Positions 13,561 through 26,423 of a stretch of DNA of 64,000 bases are shown one piece after another. A model generated the notes under the pieces. That model saw only the letters and a list, made by a program, of their open reading frames with translations. It did not search any database and was not told where the DNA came from. Positions within the stretch are counted from its first letter, which is position 1; the number at the start of each line of letters is the position of its first letter. The stretch covers positions 94,984,001 through 95,048,000 of the forward strand of contig OX597816.1 in assembly GCA_951406725.2 (NCBI GenBank), given 5' to 3'. Position numbers and translations under genes: made by a program. The stretch is from Octopus vulgaris (Eukaryota).

Positions 13561-14415
13561 AACGTCCCTTGCTGATTCCAATCTCCACTCTTACTACAAT
13601 GCTTCCCTCTCTTCTGCTGTCTCACTACTTAGTGAAAGAGTGATAGATAGCTAAAGAGACAGACAGACAGATAGGTGGATAGAAAGATAGATAGATAGAC
13701 TGATAGATAGCTATATAGATACTCAAATACAGAGAGATGCAATCACTCTTGGCTCTATTTACTCTTCCTCCCTCTTAATCTTCAGCGTGGTCTACTTTCT
13801 GAGAGAAAAAAAAATAAAGAGAGAGAGAGAGAGAGAAAAAATATAAAGAAATTTTTTTCACTCCCACTCCTGTTTCTTGCTCATCTCACCATACTACCCC
13901 TGCACCTTCCTCTATTTGCTCACCATTAGCAGATAAACTATAGGGCTATTGATTAACAAGTAGTCATTAAATTTTACCAGATGCTTCATCCTGACTGTTC
14001 TGTCTTGATATCACAAGCTATTTTATTATTTCTGCTTCATTTCTAATGTTAATCTAAAAGATATCATACTTGAATGCAGATTAATAGAACCAAAATTTCT
14101 GATGAGTTATCATGTATAACTCTAGAAACTTGCTATTTCCCTTCACCTTCGTACTCAGCCACTTTGTTGTCCTAAGAATATTATAGCTAGGGATTTGGAT
14201 TTTTGTTTCCTTTCTACTGCAGCATTTGCATGAGTGTTGCATGTTTGTATGAGCTTGTGCGGGTTTTTTGCACAAACATGCATCCATGCACATACAGATA
14301 TATGTACATACAAAATGCATATATATATATATATATATATATACATGCACAACTCTGCAAACTTCCATATGTATATGTACAAACACAAAGGCAAAAATCA
14401 CACATAAGCATATAT

Positions 14416-14822
14416 ATAAATGAAAAAATGCATTGTAAATAAATAATGACAGATAAAAAACATATATGTATAAGACACAGAGGCTCCCTAAGCATTACCC
14501 ATCATTCTTATCTTTTGGCCACAAGGCCGTATTTTGTTTGTTTCGTCTTAAATTACATTTTTTTACTTTCATATGTCCATTCTGTGTCGTTTTGTTTGCT
14601 TGAGTATATACACTCTGTATCCATTTTATTTGTTTGAGGCTTGTTTCTGTGTCTTTCACAGACACAGCCAAGATGGGAGACCCCTCAGTCTTATCATTAA
14701 AGGTGTGAAACTGAGTATTACCATTCTGGTTGATAACTGATGAAGAATTTATGGGCCCTCTGTGTCTTATATTTATATGTTTTTTTATCTATCATTTATT
14801 TATAATGCCTTTTTACATTTAT
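14416..14822. repeat. Inverted repeat (~67-bp arms), probable Penelope-like inverted pLTR remnant
   Basis: 14416-14483 ATAAATG..CATTGTAAATAAAT..ATAAGACACAGAGG is the reverse complement of 14757-14822; CTGATGA at 14737. Confidence 0.7.
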
Positions 14823-16140
14823 TAGTAATGGTATGCAACACACACCAGACATATATATATATATATATATATACATATGTATGTATATATAAACATTGAT
14901 AAATCTTTCTCCTTGTAATGATGAAGAAGCCTTGAGAGTAGATTTGCTAGATAGAAACTGAAAGAAGCCCATTGTATAAATGCATGTACATATACATGCA
15001 TGTGTGTGTGTGTGTGTGTTTCTTGCCTTGACATTGTGCAATAGTTGTTAACGAGCATCCCTATCATACAGTTTTCTTCATTTCCGATCTACTGTAGATA
15101 AATGTCTGGCCATGGAAAAGTATTATCTTGCTTGGAAACAGGTGAGTGTTGGGGACAGGAAGAATATCTAACCATTGAAAATCTAGCTGAGTGAATTCCA
15201 TCTAACCCATCTAAGAATGAAAAAGTAGATGTTAAAATGACAAACCAATGATGAACTCTAAAAATATTACTTTTGCTCAATCAACAGAACAACCAACTCA
15301 TGAAACTAAGGGGTGTATGTAGCTAAGTGTGCCAAGTACACTTCTATGCTAAATGTAATCCTCAAACTGAATCTATGTGTGCATTATGTGACAATGCTGC
15401 TTCATCAGAATAATAGATACAGTCCTTCTGATGGGCTTCTACAGTTTCCTTCTACCTAGTTTCTTTGAGTCTATGATAGAAGCAGTGTGTAGCTTCTTGA
15501 GCAGCAATAAATAGCAACTAAATATTCTTATGTTCTTATGAAAGGAAGACTAATCTATGTTTCATTTATTATGTTTGAGTTAAAAATAGGACAGTCACTT
15601 TGAATGTTGGTCTGCTAAATAATAATTGCCCAATTTCACTCACAGAGCTTTGTAGAAGATACTTGCCTGTGGGTATCACACAGTGGAATCAAAATCAGGA
15701 CTTTGGGATTGTAAAACAAACATTTTAGATATTTAGTCATATCTGTACTCTATATCTTCCTTTCTTTCTCTCTGTCCTTTCCATTGTAGTGTGTTCTCTT
15801 TCACTTTGCTAACTCCTAGATGTCTCCAACAGTGCCAGTGCCACTAAATGCACTAAATAAACTCTGTAAGTGATTGGTAACTAATTTGATCAGTAACAAC
15901 GCAGGGCTTGAAATGCCTTGCTGATGATAATGGAGCCACTATAGTGCTGGTATCATGAAAAAAATGCACACTGTACATCTCGTAAAGTGATGGATGTTAG
16001 GAAAGGCATCCAAGTCAAAATTGGAACATTGAATCCTATGCATGTAACACTGGAAAACAGATATAAAATAATAATGATAATGATGTGTATATGTATATAT
16101 ACAAGTATAGTACAAGCTATTGAGAAATCCATCAGAATGC

Positions 16141-16320
16141 ATCTCTCTTTATAATATGAAAATCAAGTGAAAATCAATGGGAAAATTTATTTTATGCTAC
16201 AGGATTTTGCATTACACCATCTAATGTATTCCTGATAATCTTACTGTCCTGTGAAATCCTGTGATGTGAAATTAATTTTCCCACTGATCTTCTTTTGATT
16301 TTCATGTTTTAAAGCGAGAT
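16141..16320. repeat. Foldback / MITE-like inverted repeat (~70-bp arms)
   Basis: ATCTCTCTTTATAATATGAAAATCAA..GGGAAAATT..CAGGATTT pairs with AAATCCTG..AATTTTCCC..TTGATTTTCATGTTTTAAAGCGAGAT. Confidence 0.8.
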
Positions 16321-16594
16321 TGTTCTTGTGAATCTTCAAAAAGACAAAAAAAGAAAAGAAAAAAGAAAAAAATTATTAGCAACAAAATTACTTTCATGCA
16401 TTACAATAACAATTTCTAAATATATGCAGTATAATATATATACATAGACACATTTCAAGAGAAATATGATAGGGAATAAATAGTAATTGTAATATTATAA
16501 TAGGGACCATTCTCATCACAAAAGAGAGTTTACTACCATGAGAGATGGTGAAATGAAAGTGACAGGCAGTATTAGGGACACTGTCAGGGGAGAC

Positions 16595-16627
<33 letters not shown>

Positions 16628-16726
16628 TGTATGTATGTATGTATGTATGTATGTATGTATGTATGTATGTATGTATGCATGCATGCATGTGTGTGTGTGT
16701 GTGTGTATAGGATATATATATATATA

Positions 16727-16790
16727 CAGGGGTTGGACAAAATAATGAAAACACCTTAAGATTTCAAAAAAAATTATTTTAATATGGGGT
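16727..16790 (+). mobile_element. Tc1-like terminal fragment
   Basis: TA|CAGGGGTTGGACAAAATAATGAAAACACC inside a TA microsatellite. Confidence 0.55.
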
Positions 16791-16819
16791 ATATATATAT
16801 TTACATATATATACATATG

Positions 16820-17218
16820 TAGGAGTGGTTGCGTGGGAAAAAGCTTGCATCCCAACCACATGGTTCCATATTCAGTCCTACTGCATGCCCACCTTGGGCA
16901 AGTATCTTCTACTATAGCCTCAAACTAACCAAACCCTTTTGAGTGGATTTGGTAGGCAAAAACTGAAAGAAGCCCATCAGATATATCTATGTGTGTGTCT
17001 TTGTGTCTGTGTTTGTCTCCTCAATACTGCTTGACAACAAGTGTTGGTGTGTTTATGTCCCTGTAACTTAGTGGTTCAGCAAAAGAGATTGATACAATGA
17101 GTACCAGACCTAAAGAATAAGTACTGGGGTTGATTCATTCGACTAAAAATTCAAGGTGGTACCCCAGCATAGCTGCAGTCTAATGACTGAAACAAGATAA
17201 AAGATAAATGATAAAAGA
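16820..17218 (+). mobile_element. tRNA-derived SINE family B, full length
   Basis: Head GGAGTGGTTGCGTGG..AAGCTTGC..CCCAACCACATGGTTCC..TTCAGTCC, internal microsatellite, tail ATGACTGAAACAAGATAAAAGA. Confidence 0.85.
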
Positions 17219-17219
17219 T

Positions 17220-17253
<34 letters not shown>

Positions 17254-18659
17254 TGTATGTATGTATGTATGTATGTATGTATGTGTGTGTTGTATTTCTT
17301 TCTTCATATATATATTGTATATATATATATATACACATACATACATGCACATACATTACACAGACATCCATATATCCTTATTCACACACCACAATCATAC
17401 CTATAACATTATATTTGAACTAGATAGGAATAACTTTTCATATAGATATATTATCTGAAACACAGCTATGTTCCACTTTTTCATTATATCGTTTTTAGAT
17501 ACTTCCTTTTCAATGTTTTGGAAGAATGTTGTTCCAATGGCTATTATGTTATCAATGTGTCAAGACATTTTTATCCTTTACTTTTTCATTGAACTCATTT
17601 GAACTGGTGGCTGCCAACAAGTCTGTGAAAACATTCTTTATGTAAATATACAAACATGAAAGTTGTAAAGAAAATTTGACAGAACACAAGTCAAATTTTA
17701 TAATAATATGAAAGAGACTACCAAATCTCAAAGCACTTAAAAGATTAGTAGAGCCTCTCTGTACTTAATCTCTGAACATGCAAGAAATAGTAGGCAAACC
17801 TCTGTGAAATTACACATCCTCTTAAAAGAAGAACAATATATTAGGTAGCATTAACTCTAGATATATTTGAATTTAAGAGTCAGACAGAATTTCTAATAGT
17901 CACAGATTCTCATTTGACTAATACATATTCAAGAACAAGAATGAAAACACAGTAGAGTATAGAGAAGAAGACAAAATTAGATTGCAATACATGTACAAAA
18001 AATGCAGTCATTTTAAATAGAGTATCTAGTGTTAAGACATTTAAAAGATCTGTTGATCCAACAAAGAAGTCAGCACCTAGTCTCTCTATCTGCCAAAATG
18101 CAGTAGCCAAAATTTCTGACAACAGTTATCTTAAAGAGGTAAAGATAATACTTTAGTCAATGTAGTCCTACATTTGCTATATCTGAATTAAAAAAAAAAA
18201 TGACATGGTTATAACTAATAAGGCTGACTTGGAACTAAACAACAACAAGATTAGTTATGAAATCAATCTTGATAATACATTATAACTAAACACTGATCAT
18301 CAATATCAGATCTTAGAAACATATTCTGATTACAGATATCTGGCACCAATACTCAGGAAATTTGATGTCTGAACACAACTAAGGCGAAACGAAAGCATAA
18401 CAAAAATATTTCATCATCCTCATATCCTTTTTAAAACTGAGAAAAGATAGCAGGACTGAATTTTCCTTTACATGATAAATGTTAATTGTATCATGGTTCT
18501 GGAACCTTTTTATACTAGCAATTACAACAACAATACTAAAAACAATAACAAAAAGAAATCTATTAAGGCTGTTTTCTTTACCAAAGTTGAGCTTAATCTT
18601 TGCAGATTCCAAGGTCAGCTTTCTTTTATTTTATCCTATATGCAAATACCCCACTCACA

Positions 18660-18990
18660 AGTAAATTTGTTCTCATTTTCTCCTCTGTCACCTTTAGCCA
18701 TGTCTTCCTCAGTTTTCCATCTCTTTATGTCAGTCCACATTTATTTCCATTACTCCTCTCATCAAGTAGCATACATACTTCTATATCCATTTCTCTTCAC
18801 ATCTATTACTGAACCATTTCCATTCTTTTAAGCTATACTCTATATTCATTACCTATGTTTAGCTCTCATAAATCATGATACTTCATACTCTAACAGCATG
18901 CACCTTTTCCGTCAGTTTCAGCAAATCAATTATTTCACAAAACTTCTTCCATATTCATTTCACTCAAGCTACTTTGGAACAAGGATTGTA
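18660..18990 (-). mobile_element. Highly decayed RTE LINE 3' fragment
   Basis: Minus strand gives pieces like IMIYES* and GKLRKTW, paralleling LHGSETW and GRPRKTW in the RTE at 40.6-40.9 kb. Confidence 0.45.
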
Positions 18991-19204
18991 GAGATCCATG
19001 CTGAGTGTTTTCTTTTGAGGGGCACCAGATGACATTCCATTGTTTTTACTTGCAAAGGACTAATGTTCAACCAGCCTTTTCATCTTCATATTTACACATT
19101 AACAAAAGTAACCACAAAGTTTTAAACTTTCATTAAAAAAAATGGTATGAACAGATGGACACTTATGAAACTTTCAGATGGTAGGAATACAAAAGTAGCC
19201 ATGG

Positions 19205-19415
19205 TTTCAAAATTTGGTGCACGGCCAACAATTACAGGGGAAAGGGATAGTTGATTATATCAACCCCCGTGCCTAACTTGTATGTATTTTATTGACCCCA
19301 AAAGGATAAAAGGTAAAGTTGACCTTGGCAGAATTTAAACTCAGAACATAAAGATGGACAAAATACTGTTAAGTATTTTGCCCATTGTGCTAACAATTCT
19401 GCCAGCTCACAGCCT
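19205..19415 (-). mobile_element. SINE family A
   Basis: GACCCCAAAAGGATAAAAGGTAAAGTTGACCTTGGCAGAATTTAAACTCAGAAC...TCTGCCAGCTC. Confidence 0.8.
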
Positions 19416-19669
19416 TAACAGCAAAAGTAATAATGAAGATAATTAGAAACCAGCATATCTTTTTGATTTGTTTTTTTTTTTTACATTATTAGATTGAAAT
19501 GTTATTGAGAAGAAGAGTTATGTCCACAAAAAAAAAGCAGACAAAATCGAACTTTCTGGATTCTATGATAAAATTACTTGGAGTAGGCATCATAGAAAAT
19601 ATTGATTGCACTTGTTTAATTGTTTCTATCATAGAAACTGTTAATTACACATTGTTTTGATTGAAAGTT

Positions 19670-20250
19670 GCAATAATAGCCGACATTGATGAAAGCATGG
19701 TCAGTGAGATAATCTTGCTGTCAGTTGCTACAATGTATGCTTGCTACAACCTTTTTCACTACAACTCCCAGTCAAAGGAAAACTGTTAGCCTATCCTTGC
19801 CACACAAGAGTGATGGGGCAATTTTTACAAAGGACTTGATTGACAGCTGGATTTGTTCCATGTGACAGCAGTCATTCAACATAGCTCTACATGTTTTGCA
19901 TCTCAAATAGACTATTTGCACCTCAAATAGATTTAACTTTGGTATTATTCAGAACCAGCATTGCTGTGCAGTATCACAACTGAACTAGAGATTTCTTTCA
20001 GTTGTCCATAGTCTCCAGGCTGGAAATAGTCCAGAATAGACTATTCAAATCATCTTTTATACCCACCACTGGTTTAATAAAATGGTTGACATACCACTAA
20101 CTGCATGGCCCAGTGGGTAGAAAATGTGAACACTGAGCAACAAATTAGATCTTAGGTCAGCAGTGGGAAAACAAACCTGACAAACAGTGATCACACCGGC
20201 ATGCTATTCATGGATCTTTATAGACACCACAGTCAGAGTGCATCATTAAC
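19670..20250 (+). mobile_element. Possible very old piggyBac-like transposase remnant
   Basis: ADIDESMV at ~19678 and FYTHHWFN at ~20056 resemble the piggyBac IDESM and DNWF motifs; no continuous ORF. Confidence 0.3.
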
Positions 20251-20337
20251 CACAGCATACTGAGCCATCTGTACACTAGATGAACAAGCTTTATTTATAG
20301 CTTGATCTACTTTAGTTCCACCATTAAAAATGGTGTA

Positions 20338-20368
<31 letters not shown>

Positions 20369-20382
20369 CATACATACATACA

Positions 20383-20434
<52 letters not shown>

Positions 20435-20676
20435 CGTGTGCATGTATTGAAATATGGTATATACACTAATTCATTCCTTATTAATCTTCTATGCACAAGC
20501 ATCACACACATTAATCCATATTTACCATGCTAAACTTACATTGCTTCCTGTGAACAGATACCTGAAAAATCATCTTATAATGAGTACAAACAACTTAGTC
20601 TCCTATTACAAAGACAGAATCATTAGCCAGTGATGCAGTCTTGCACTCACCATATTGCATGGTGACTTCACATGTA

Positions 20677-20892
20677 CTGATGGGTGCTGAAAAATTCCTG
20701 ACTTTAATGGTATTGTGAAAGGCCTGGTTGGAGGCCCAAACTTCTGAGTTCTTTTATAGGGTTTAGAAAATCTGAAGGATCACAGCAATAAGAGAGTAAA
20801 TCTGAGAGGAGAATATGTTGAATAAAATCATAATTAACTGATCTGCTTGTATTTTCTTTTATCCAAATCAAGGAACTTTTCAGCACCCCTCG
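20677..20892 (+). mobile_element. Mariner-derived MITE (~215 bp) with TA TSD
   Basis: TIRs TA|CTGATGGGTGCTGAAAAATTCCT and AGGAACTTTTCAGCACCCCTCG|TA; interior keeps the transposase C-terminus GLENLKDHSNKRVNLRGEYVE*. Confidence 0.85.
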
Positions 20893-21415
20893 TATAACAT
20901 TGCTGTAACATCATCATATTGACCAAGTTTCTCCAAAAACAAGAAAAAAACTTCAATCCATGTCTGGCAAATTACTCTCAACACTCTAGTGCTACATGCA
21001 TGAGAGTATTGATCGAAGACTGTGTTGTATATTCAAAGATTTGAATATGCATCACAAAACTAATAAACTGATTTAGAAGGACTATTTTACCAGCACATTT
21101 ATGATTATGGCTAATTTATTACATTTCTCTTTGTTCCCTTGAATTAGTATATTGCATATCATGTCCACTCACACCTATTACAACTCTCTGAGTTCTATAT
21201 TTTGTTCCATCCCACTACAGTATCATACTAAACATTTTAGAATTTTCCTACAAGTCCATGTTTTCCTACAAGATTTTGTCCTACAAGACCATGTGTTTGT
21301 CCTACAGATGTCTGCTGCACATCACTAATGTCATTCTGATCAATCTGAAAGAGATGTCAAAGAGCATGTGTACACACACACACACACTCTCTCTTTCTCT
21401 CTCTCTCCCTCTTTC

Positions 21416-21450
<35 letters not shown>

Positions 21451-22178
21451 TTCTCTCTATCTCTCCTTATGTGCCATGTGTACAGGAGTTGGTGGTCATA
21501 GAACTCCATACCTTTGTATCCTAGTCACAACTTACCACTTTGTTGGGTCAATATTTTTGAAGATGAGTGCTGTGTGAGAAAAAAAAAGTTCAACAAAACA
21601 AGTGAAAAAGAAAGAAAACAGCGATAAAAGAACAAAGAAAATTCCTTTTTGTTAAGAATAAATTTTAATGTTTTTCCTAATCTTTTGTGTTATCTCTTCT
21701 CAGTACCATTTTCTAAGTTCAAATATGAAGCATTACATTCTCTTGTGATTTTTACTTGTCTGTTATTCTAGATACTGAAACAAAGTGGAGACTAGAACTA
21801 AGTATTTCTAGCAGGTATTGATTTCAATTGTAATAAGTATTTTTACCACCAATAATTAGCTTACGTAACTTCCTTAGCAAATTATAATGAATTTTCCTGA
21901 ATTGTTCTTTATCTTAGTAAAAAGAAAAACAAGAATAAAAATAAAACTGACATGTTTTGGAATATTGGATGCTTTTAGTTTTTGTTAGTTACAAACAGCA
22001 TGATTGGTTTATTCAATTAAATTTTGGAGTTGGTTTTGGTTAATCCATTTTGTTTAGCTTATCAGTTGTAATGACGACAATCAATAGCCAAACAGATAAG
22101 CAGTTAGCTTCTGTTAGAGATGGGATCTTAACACTGGTGTCCTGCCATGTTCTCAGTAAACTACTAATCATACCATTC

Positions 22179-22210
<32 letters not shown>

Positions 22211-22214
22211 GCGT

Positions 22215-22515
22215 TGCCTTACTGGCACCTGAACAAAATATTCGAGCGAGGTCGTTGCCAGTGCTGCTGGACTGACTCCTGTGCAGGTGGCACGTAAAAA
22301 GCACCATTTGAGCATTGCCAGTACCGCCTGACTGGCCCTTGTGCCGGTGGCACGTAAAAGCACCCACTACACTCTCAGAGTCATTGGTGTTAGGAAGGTC
22401 ATCCAGCTGTAGAAACTCTGCCAGATCAGATCAGAGCCTCGTGCAGCCATCTGGTTCGCCAGACCTCAGTCAAATCGTCCAACCCTTGCTAGCATTGAAA
22501 GTGGATGATGATGAT
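22215..22515 (+). mobile_element. Retroposon family C
   Basis: Same subunits and tail as 8920-9217. Confidence 0.85.
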
Positions 22516-22517
22516 AT

Positions 22518-23314
22518 ATTACATGAGAAAATGGGAGCTAGGGAAATAATATTCTTAAGATTATAAATCTGGAAAAGTACAGGACAAATTATTATATCTG
22601 GTAAGGTACAGAACAAGAAAATTCTTGCTTAAAATATTGTAGCTAAGGATAAAATTTCAAATAAAGTATTTAGATTTAGAAAATATTAGCTTTTATGAAA
22701 ACTAAAAAATTTTGTTACAAGTTATTACTTCTGTTTCTTATTAGTTGTTTCTTCTATAAAAATTTTAAAATAACACAAAACGTTCTTTGAACCTTAAAAA
22801 AATTCATTTCTTTAATTATTAATTAATAATTAGAAATTTGAAAATAGGTTATAAAAAGTAATAGTAGTACATAATTAGTACAATAAATAAACTAATAAAA
22901 AAATTAGTTACATATTATAGTAAAATCTACCTATAACAATAAATTCAAAGTAAAACTTGCTTGAGTTATTGCCCAAGTTATTGCCAAGTCTTCACTTTTT
23001 CATTCTTGACCCAATGCTTATTTTTACATAATGAATTTGCCTGCCATATACTATCCTACTTTGCATAAAAATTTAGCTATATTGGTACTTCTGGCTCACA
23101 TTTTTTTAAGTATTCTAGTTAACAAAATGATGGTACCTTTTTTAATTATGTTACTTTGTAAATTAAAATCAAATAATTTTTAATATTCAAATTTTATCCT
23201 TAAGTAAAACTTTTTTTGTTCTGTACTTTACCAGATATAATAACTTGTCCTGAACTTTTCCAGATTTATAATCTTAAGAATATTATTTCTCTTGCTCATA
23301 TTTTTCCATGTAAT
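22518..23314. mobile_element. Non-autonomous foldback element with ~115-bp TIRs
   Basis: 22518-22632 (ATTACATG..GAAATAATATTCTTAAGATTATAAATCTGGAAAAGT..CAGGACAA..TTATTATATCTGGTAA..GTACAGAAC) is the reverse complement of ~23200-23314; AT-rich non-coding interior. Confidence 0.85.
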
Positions 23315-23345
23315 CCATGTTTTTTCCATGTAATCCATGCTATTA

Positions 23346-24208
23346 TGCTAATTAATATTGTATCAATTAATAATTTAAGATGTTATTGAAAATTACCTTA
23401 ATGATGCCAGTGACATATATTGAAAGTCCCCTTATAGAACTATATTCATAAAAAAGTATAGAACTATATTATCACCCACAAGTTTAAGAAACAAACACTC
23501 ATAACTTTTTTTCTTTTTAAACTTCTTTCTTGTCTCAGATATTATGGGACTGTCTTTACAGGATATAATTGCATTAATTAAAATGGATGATGTAATTAAA
23601 CTAATTGCAAATTAGCAGTGTCGTTGATAATTTTTTCCTTACCTCAATGATACCAGTAACATATTAAAAGTCCCCTTATAGAACTATATTCATAAAAAAG
23701 TATAGAACTATATTATCATCCTCAAATTTGAGAAACAAACACTCATAACATTTTTCTTTTGAAACTTCATTGCATGAGATTGATACCATGAAATTCCCCA
23801 AATTGAGCTCTATCATTTAAGCTTAATAAAAATATAGCTTGTTTTTAAAATAAAAAAGTTCATTATACTTAAATCCAATTTTTTACCTTATATTTTTTTC
23901 ATATTTTACCTCAACTTTTTGATACAAATTTTTGTTGCATGGGGCCAAAACTATGAAATTCCTCATGCTTTCTTCTATCATTGAAGCTAAGATAAATATA
24001 TTTTGCTTTTAAAATAAAAAAGTTATTTTATTTAGATCTAAACTTGATTGGCGGTGTTACTTACTCTCCTATAACATTGCTAGAAATTTTGATGTGAACT
24101 TTTTCTACTGGACCAAATCTCAATTTTTTTAATGCCAAAATATAGCTAGGGACCAGTCTTCTCCCAAAATGTTAACAGTTTTGAATTTGGTTAAGAACTT
24201 AATTAGCA
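23346..24208. mobile_element. Putative non-autonomous DNA element with short imperfect TIRs and two pairs of internal direct repeats
   Basis: TGCTAATTAA.. and ..TTAATTAGCA ends; repeats 23393-23525 vs 23639-23768 and 23788-23878 vs 23953-24040. Confidence 0.6.
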
Positions 24209-24789
24209 ACAAAGCTCTGAAGTTGCAAGTGTGTGAGTAAATTGCAGCCTTAAGAATATTTTTCAACTACTACCGTAGTTGAATGATAATAGGGATGGAT
24301 GGAAGATAAAAGATGGTCCTCAACTTCTGATGAAATCATAGGAGCATTGTCATAATATATGATGAGTCTTAAGCATTTTAAACCTGGCAGAATCCATTTG
24401 TCTTCAGGTGTGAACATAGCTGTTTTTTTAAATTTTTTTTTTTTTTTTTTCGAGAGAGGAATCAGCTCCAGTGTAGAACTAGTACTTTATTGACTTGAAA
24501 AGGATGAAAGACAAATTTGACCTTGCTGAGATTTGAAGATGATGTGCATAGACCCAGAATGAATACTGCAAGGCATTCTATCAGATGTTCTAATGATTTT
24601 GTTGGACGTGAAAATATAATGTGAGTAAATATTATTCCAAAAGTTTGTAATACAAACCAGTTTCTTTTTTGTCTACCTTGGCTTTCCTTATGTAAATGAA
24701 GTTTGTTTTTACATATACTCCAAAAACATTTCGTTTAGTAATGCTTGAACAAATTGTGTTTTGAAGGCAGAATGATAATAATCCTCTTT

Positions 24790-25612
24790 TATTTTGGCTT
24801 CAGGCCAGAAATTGTGAGTGGTGAGGAAAACAATTACACTGACCCTCAGTGCTCAATTGATACTTATTTTATCAACCCTGAAAGAATGAAAGGCAAAGTT
24901 GACCCAGATGGATTTTGAACTTGGAATGTAGGGTTGGATGAAATGTCACAAAGCCTTTTGTCTGGCATGCTAACAATTCTGCTAAATTGCTGCCTTAATA
25001 ACAATGGTCTCAAATTTTGGCACAAGGCCAGCAGGTTTGCAGTTGGGCTTAAGTTGATCAAATTGACCCCAGTGTTCAACTGGTACTTATTTTATCAACC
25101 CTAAAAAGATGAAAGGCAAAGTTAACCCCATCAGAATTTGAACTCAGAATGTAAAGACAGATGAGATATTGCTAAGCATTTCGCCTGGCATGCTAACAAT
25201 TCTGCCAGCTTGCCACCTATAATAATAATAATATTAATCCTTTCTATAGGCACAAGGCCTGAAATTTGAGGGAGGGAACTAGTTGATAACATCAACCCCA
25301 GTTTTTGACTGGTACTTATTTTATCAACCTTAAAAGGATGAAAGGCAGTATCAACCTCAGAGGAATTTGAACTCAGAATGTAGCACCAGATGAAATACCT
25401 ATTTCTTTATTACCTACAAGGGGCTAAACACAGAGAGGACAAACAAGGACAGACAAACGGATTAAGTCGATTATATCAACCCCAGTGCGTAACTGGTACT
25501 TATTTAATCAACCACAAAAGGATGAAAGGCAAAGTCAATTTGAACTCTGAACGTAATGGCAGACGAAATACCGCTAAGCATTTCACCAGGCATGTTAACG
25601 ATTCTGCCAGCT
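24790..25612 (-). mobile_element. Tandem array of four SINE family A units
   Basis: Four successive (G/A)ATGAAAGGCA..GAATTTGAACTC cores, partly separated by (TAA)n. Confidence 0.85.
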
Positions 25613-26086
25613 CTAATAATAATAACAATAATAATGATGATGATGATGATGATGATGAGAATAATAATAGCAATGGCTGAGTTTATATAAAAGAAGATTA
25701 ATGAAACAATCTGTATTTCTTATTTCTTTTATGGTAGTTTCTATAAAGCTCATTTATAATTCCAATATAGCAACCAAATCTCCCATAACAAACTTGCAAT
25801 TACTTTTAGAGTTACTAAATAATAAATGTTACAATACACTGGAGGTGAATTATTAAATAAAAGTGACTTATAGCAGATGATGTTTTAGTTATATCAATTG
25901 ACTGGTCTTAGAAAGCCATTCTGGATGTTATTTAAGTTTTGTGTGATTGAATGCAAATAGTATTGTGTATTATATTTAGGAGATTACTAATTACATTCAC
26001 TATAGCTAGGCTATTATTAACATCTATGAGTCAAACTTACTTCAATATCCATTTTATTTCCTCCTATGCTTGTGTACGTGAGTATG

Positions 26087-26119
<33 letters not shown>

Positions 26120-26221
26120 AGAGTAAGCACATAAATGTGAAACAAGGTGGAAAATAGAGTACTCAAATACCAGAGGTAGAGTAATATGCTTTATTTAAAA
26201 GCAGCATAAATATAACAAAAG

Positions 26222-26259
26222 CTGTTACTCCGAGTTTCACGTTCCCTTTCATCGGACAG
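26222..26259 (-). ncRNA. Minimal type I hammerhead-like motif (variant core CCGAUGA)
   Basis: Minus strand: CUGU-CCGAUGA-AAGGGAACGU-GAA-ACUCGGAGU-A-ACAG; stem I CUGU/ACAG, near-palindromic stem III, GUA site; inverted degenerate copy at 26271-26296. Confidence 0.6.
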
Positions 26260-26317
26260 TTTTGTTAAAACTGTCCGATATATGGGAACGTGAAACGGGA
26301 ACGTGCTTTTAAATAGA

Positions 26318-26357
<40 letters not shown>

Positions 26358-26372
26358 ACCATTCCGAAATAT

Positions 26373-26423
<51 letters not shown>

